A stretch of 64,000 nt of DNA from positions 434,001 to 498,000 of the forward strand of contig OZ237752.1 of NCBI GenBank assembly GCA_965178125.1. The letters are read 5' to 3'. Below are positions 59,583 to 64,000 of this stretch, in pieces (positions within the stretch are counted from its first letter, which is position 1; each line of letters begins with the position of its first letter). The notes below the pieces were generated by a model, which was given only the letters and a program-made list of their open reading frames with translations, was not told where the DNA came from and did no database searches. Source of the DNA: Bilabrum cf. latius (Eukaryota). A program made the translations under genes and the position numbers.

Positions 59583-60884
59583 ATGGTGAGAGATGTGTCC
59601 AGCATAGCGGGTTATTGACTTAGATATTATTGTTTCTTTTAAATCTGGGCGTATTATTGTCGCGAATCTCTAACTTATGGCGCACAGCGGTGCGTCGGAT
59701 TGTCACGCGGTTTTTAATCACCGTCCAACCGGACTTATCTGCACATTTGCTAAACTTTTGAGCGGCCTGCTAGGCTGAATATTTGGCCAATAATGTATTT
59801 TTGTATGATGGGCGCGCAGCTGTATCGATGCAGTCCTCCCGCCCGTTTGATGATTTCGAAATCGCTGCATCTTGCATCTGCATCACTCCCACACGAACCG
59901 GAGGTCTTCACGCTTGTTCGACTCGTTCAATCGCAGGCAGGAGTAGGTGGTGATCCATTTTCCTTTGGAGGCTCTGCACCAGCGCCTGCCGGACCCCCAG
60001 CGGCCGGTGCTGATGGCGCCCTGCGTGTGAAGCTTGTTATGATCGGAGACGGTGCCGTGGGAAAGACCACTTTCGTGAAGAGGCACATCAGTGGTCATTT
60101 TGAGTCCCATTACAAGGCCACGAAGGGTGCCAACGTCAAGGCCATGGATTTCAACACGAACTACGGACCTATCAAGTTCATTGTTTGGGACACTGCTGGT
60201 CAGGAGAGCCTTAACGCGGTGCGCGAGACATACTAGTGAGTATTACTATCATTGTGTTGTCATATCCTGCGGCATGGGTAGCCGTGCGTTGGGGTGTCGC
60301 TGCGGGCTGCATTGGAACCGTGGGGCTGCTACGCCCGCAGCAGCTTCACCCAGCACTCGGCCCTAAACCCTGGCTTCCTATGGGTAATCTATGATCCTAA
60401 CTTGCATGACTTGGTTCGTTTGTATCGCCTGCTTGTTCTCCCGCCCCGCAGCGTGGGTGCCAAGTGCGCCATCATCATGTTCGACGTGTCGTCCCGGACG
60501 ACGTACAACTCGGTGCCCAACTGGTACAGGGACCTGACCAGGGTGACCGACACTCCCTCGGAGCACATCCCCATCGTGCTCGTCGGCAACAAGGTGGACA
60601 TCAAGGACCGCCAGGTCAAGTCCTCCAAGATCAACTTCCACCGAAGGAAGGGAATCCCGTACGTGGATGTGTCGGCCAAGACCAACTTCAACTTCGAGCA
60701 GCCCTTCCTGCTGCTGGCCCGCCACCTCACCCGCAAGAAGGACTTGAGGTTCGTTGAGAAGCCCGCCCTGGTGGCCCCCGAGGCGGGGTTCAGCGTCTCG
60801 GATGAGACGAAGAAGCAGCTTGCGGAGGAGAGGCTCAAGTCGATGGCCGTCGAGATGCCCGACGAGGACGACGATGACTTGTGA
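59583..60884 (+). CDS. RAN: Ran-family small GTPase (divergent), ~244 aa; introns 59586-59936 (inferred, ATG-only first exon) and 60236-60451
   Basis: Motifs [35 protein letters not shown] (restored by splicing), [26 protein letters not shown], and the Ran acidic tail DEDDDDL. Ends TGA. Confidence 0.9.
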
Positions 60885-61378
60885 TTGTAACGTTTTGAAT
60901 TGTGGGCAGTCGGAGCTCTAGGGGCTTGCGGGAAGCGGAGCGCAGCCGTCGCTTTCATTGCCTTGCCTCGCACTTTGAACCGACATTGTTTAGCCTTCAC
61001 GTTCTGCCCGCGTAGCTGACGCACAGCAACACCAGTACATCAATGTCACTACAGGACACGATGAGGGGATGCTCTGCATGCCAGTCTCTTTGAGCAGCCA
61101 TTCGTTGACCAGTCGAGATGAAGATTCGGGATCCAATCGAAGCTCTCTCGGGCGAAGGCCTCTAAGGTTATTCTGTACCGCTTCGATCCATTGGTATATT
61201 TGCCAGCACTTGTTTCTTGCAAGGCTGAGTACCCGTGTTCCACCAGTGTATGCGTGCTGGCATACAATAGTTGACACGTCGCCTGCGAATAGGACTACAA
61301 AGACCAGCTGTGCAAGCACTCTAGCTGCATTTGTAGCGCTTCTCTAAGCATCTATCAATCAATCGTTTTAATAGTAGA

Positions 61379-62563
61379 ATGGCAGCAGTTTCGTCGAGCG
61401 AGACTGCTTCGTCGTCTGCGGCAGCCGCGGCTCCCGCGGCAGTGCCTTCCCAATCGTCCCTTCGGGCGCCGGTGCTCTGCCCAACAGTCCCTTAGATGGG
61501 ATCAGCCATGGCAAAAGCTTTTGTTGGCGACGCACCAGATCCGTTCAGGGTTGGCCTTGTTCAGATGCTTGTAGTTCCCACCAAGGGGGACAACATCCGC
61601 AACATGCAGCTCAAGGTAGCGGAGGCAGCAGCCGCTGGAGCCAAAGTCGTGGTGCTCCCCGAGGTGTGGAACTCATCCTATGCTACAAGTGAATTTCCTG
61701 GGAACGCCGAGCCCGTGCCGGATGCCGGTGCCGGTCCAGACGACGAGATCATGAAGCGAGACCAGGCGATCTCCTGCAACGCCATGCGAAACGCTGCGCA
61801 GGAGCACAACGTCTGGCTTGTGGGCGGCTCCATTCCGGAAAAGCGCTCCGGAAAAGTGTACAACACGTGCACGGTGTGGTCTCCGGACGGCAGGCTCGTG
61901 GCGAAGCACCGAAAGGTGCACCTGTTCGACATCGACGTGCCCGGCAAGATCACGTTCAAGGAAAGTGACACGCTCACAGCCGGCAGCGAGCTGTGCACCT
62001 TCGACACTCCCTACGGCAAGTTCGGCGTGGGCATCTGCTACGACATGCGCTTTCCCCAGCTCGCCGCCCTGCTCCGCTCCTCGGGTTGCCACTACATCGT
62101 GTATCCAGGTGCATTCAACACCACCACGGGCCCCGCGCACTGGGAGCTCCTGCAGAGGGGACGTGCCTTGGACAACCAGTGCTACGTGCTGACTTGTTCC
62201 CCAGCCAGGAACCCCGCGGCCAGCTACCACGCCTGGGGCCACAGCACCATCGTGGACCCTTGGGGCTCGGTGGTTGCAACCACCGGGCACGAGGAAGCCA
62301 TGGTGGTCGCGGAGATCACCCCGGCTAAGGTCGAGGAGATCCGGAGCCAGATTCCCGTGGGGGTGCAGTGGCGCAGCGACCTCTACGCAACTGGCTGGAG
62401 GGGCGCCGACGGAGGTGCCAAGGCCCTCGTGGCCCTGGAGCAAGAGAGGGCTGAGCTGGCGGCCGCAGCAGGGGCAGGGTCTGGGGACTCGGATGGGAGC
62501 GGCCTGTCCGGGAGGAAGAGGAGCAAGGTGGAGGCGGCGGCAGGTGCCGCCGAGGGGCAGTGA
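61379..62563 (+). CDS. NIT2: Omega-amidase NIT2 / nitrilase-superfamily C-N hydrolase, ~394 aa including an Ala/Ser-rich N-terminal extension read through TAG 61493
   Basis: Glu-Lys-Cys triad in LPEVWNS, HRKVHLFDIDVPG and GICYDMRF, plus AFNTTTGPAHWELLQRGRALDNQ and AWGHSTIVDPWG. An upstream in-frame ATG at 61379 (agaATGG) extends it; the alternative start is 61496. Ends TGA 62561. Confidence 0.92.
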
Positions 62564-62581
62564 AGCAGTGTCTCGATCGAG

Positions 62582-62922
62582 GATGGGAGGGATGCGATGG
62601 GAGGGATGCGATGGGAGGGATGCGATGGGAGGGATGCGATGGGAGGGATGCGATGGGAGGGATGCGATGGGAGGGATGCGATGGGAGGGATGCGATGGGA
62701 GGGATGCGATGGGAGGGATGCGATGGGAGGGATGCGATGGGAGGGATGCGATGGGAGGGATGCGATGGGAGGGATGCGATGGGAGGGATGCGATGGGAGG
62801 GATGCGATGGGAGGGATGCGATGGGAGGGATGCGATGGGAGGGATGCGATGGGAGGGATGCGATGGGAGGGATGCGATGGGAGGGATGCGATGGGAGGGA
62901 TGCGATGGGAGGGATGCGATGG
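62582..62922 (+). repeat. Minisatellite, 24 copies of the 14-bp unit GATGGGAGGGATGC plus a partial unit
   Basis: Read directly: 62582-62917 is 336 bp = 24 x 14, and I saw no variant units. Confidence 0.97.
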
Positions 62923-63097
62923 ATGGCCGACCTGATCGAGATAGGGAAGGAGGAGCCCCCGCATATACTATCGAGAGCGGTGTTGCACAAAGAACAGCAT
63001 GCAATTGTCATGTTATTTCATGCTGGCATCTATCGTAAACTGATCGCATGCATGCACACGATTCTTTTTCCCTGATTCTTTCGTGGCAATCTTGTCG

Positions 63098-64000
63098 TCA
63101 GCCTCGCTTCCTCGCACCTCCAGACAGAGCCTCCGCGTTCTCCTCGGCAAAGTCTTTCAGCGTGCGGGGAGGCCTACCCAGCAGCCGCTCCACATCGCTA
63201 GTCAGCTCGCCCGCTAGCCCGGCGCGCGCAGTACCGTAGATCGCCGCGGTCACGCCAACATACGCCAAGGGGTCCCCCTACCTGACTCTGTGCATGACGA
63301 AGCCCAGCATGCCCGGGTCCTCGTACCTGTGGGGCACGCCCGTCGCTCCCTATAGGCTGCTCGCAACCTGACCGTAGGTGAGACTTTCTGGGCCGGTGAG
63401 GTCGTATGCTTTGCCTGCGTGCTCCTCCGGGTGCAACAAGGCCTGGGATGCCACGGCAGCGATGTCCTCAGCATCCACGAAGCTCGTCTTGCCCTCGGCG
63501 GCAGGAACCCGGATCACTCGCCCGCCGACTGAGCTCGTGTCGTCTGCGCGAAAAAAGGGGGCAGTGGCGTGTGATACTCTTCCGATGGAATATTAATTCC
63601 AGCGCGGACAAAGGACTGCGAGCTAACGTGCTGGGCCGTGGTCGAATGAGTGAACCACTGGCAGCGACACGCCCCGCAAAGCCTCACTCTCTACGTGTGG
63701 CCCAAGCAAGTTCTGCATGAAAAAGCTGGGCCGGAGCATCGTGAACGTTGGAGTAGTTGCATTGAATGGACCCGGCTGCGCGGCTGCGCTAGAATATCCG
63801 CTGCTGGGTCTATTTCTGTCGCTGCTGAATGCCGCGTTCATCCAGCCTGCCACGCCGTCGTGGGCTCGTCGCATCGAATCGCCAACACCATCGATATTGA
63901 CCGGCTCCTAGCCGCCCCCAAGATCTATGAGAGCATCTTCAATGGGCTTATGCGGCACTACCGGTATGTTCTAGATGCCTAGGAGGCTCAAGAATACAAA
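63098..64000 (-). CDS. NmrA-like / atypical SDR NAD(P)-binding oxidoreductase (5' part outside window); intron 63544-63687; TAG at 63973, 63910, 63352, 63280
   Basis: Motifs FVFLSLLGI*NIPVVPHKPIE, TMLRPSFFMQNL, VPAAEGKTSFVDAEDIAAVA, GKAYDLTGPESLTYGQVA and DVERLLGRPPRTLKDF. The GTGAGG..CGCAG intron removes an in-frame TAA. Ends TGA 63100-63098. Confidence 0.88.

Noticed and set aside
60234-60236. Apparent TAG in Ran
   Set aside because: Also TA|GTGAGT. Splicing to 60452 restores the conserved YY.
60361-60371. CCCTAAACCCT telomere-like / telo-box sequence in Ran intron 2
   Set aside because: Only about 1.5 units, compatible with chance.
62582-62922. CRISPR array or telomere
   Set aside because: There are no spacers, it is a pure tandem repeat, it is internal and flanked by genes, and the unit is not a typical telomeric repeat.
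62274-63075. ORFs with repeated peptides (GGMRWEGCDGRDAM / PSHPSHRIPPIASL)
   Set aside because: They are translation artefacts of the stop-free 14-bp minisatellite.
1-64000. Region-wide pseudogenisation or RIP-like C-to-T mutation as the source of the stops
   Set aside because: These would also create TAA (from CAA), TGA and frameshifts and would damage catalytic motifs. Only TAG is seen, and the recognisable catalytic motifs are largely intact.
1-64000. A-to-I editing (UAG to UGG, Trp), pyrrolysine, or programmed leaky readthrough
   Set aside because: The contexts are Gln-like rather than Trp-like, no common downstream signal is evident, and tandem TAGs with up to 28 per gene are incompatible with inefficient readthrough. 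Formal exclusion needs RNA and proteomic data.
1-64000. Suppressor tRNA-Gln(CUA) or eRF1 gene
   Set aside because: I recognised no tRNA cloverleaf or release-factor gene in this window. The decoding machinery must be sought elsewhere in the genome.

Overview
This is a gene-dense, GC-rich eukaryotic (protist-type) window with GT-AG spliceosomal introns. The main signal is a non-standard nuclear genetic code. By my manual count about 86 in-frame TAG codons sit inside 12 of the 13 genes, on both strands. Every gene I can delimit ends in TGA (11) or TAA (2), and I found no TAA or TGA inside the reconstructed exons. Context points to TAG = Gln with TAA still a stop: TAG/CAG-mixed poly-Q, (QH)n repeats, a GQQAM motif repeated within one protein, and a conserved PAP2 Gln. 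Such an uncoupled UAG-only reassignment is rare. Under that code the fragmented ORF track collapses into: a type-B carboxylesterase; a ~5,350-aa RME-8/DNAJC13-like protein; a bacterial-type alditol oxidase; a small hypothetical gene; a PAP2/DOLPP1-like membrane protein; a ~4,570-aa SAP-RFTS-DEK_C-DDT-bromo-WHIM/WSD chromatin protein; a four-domain EEEE voltage-gated Ca channel; a piggyBac-type transposon that itself uses the host TAG code; an R2R3 MYB factor; a ~1,070-aa hypothetical protein; a divergent Ran GTPase; omega-amidase NIT2; and a partial NmrA-like oxidoreductase. A 24 x 14-bp G-rich minisatellite follows NIT2. Family assignments come from motif recognition by eye, with no database search. 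The Ala/Gly/Ser-rich style recalls Cafeteria-like bicosoecid stramenopiles, but that is only an impression.
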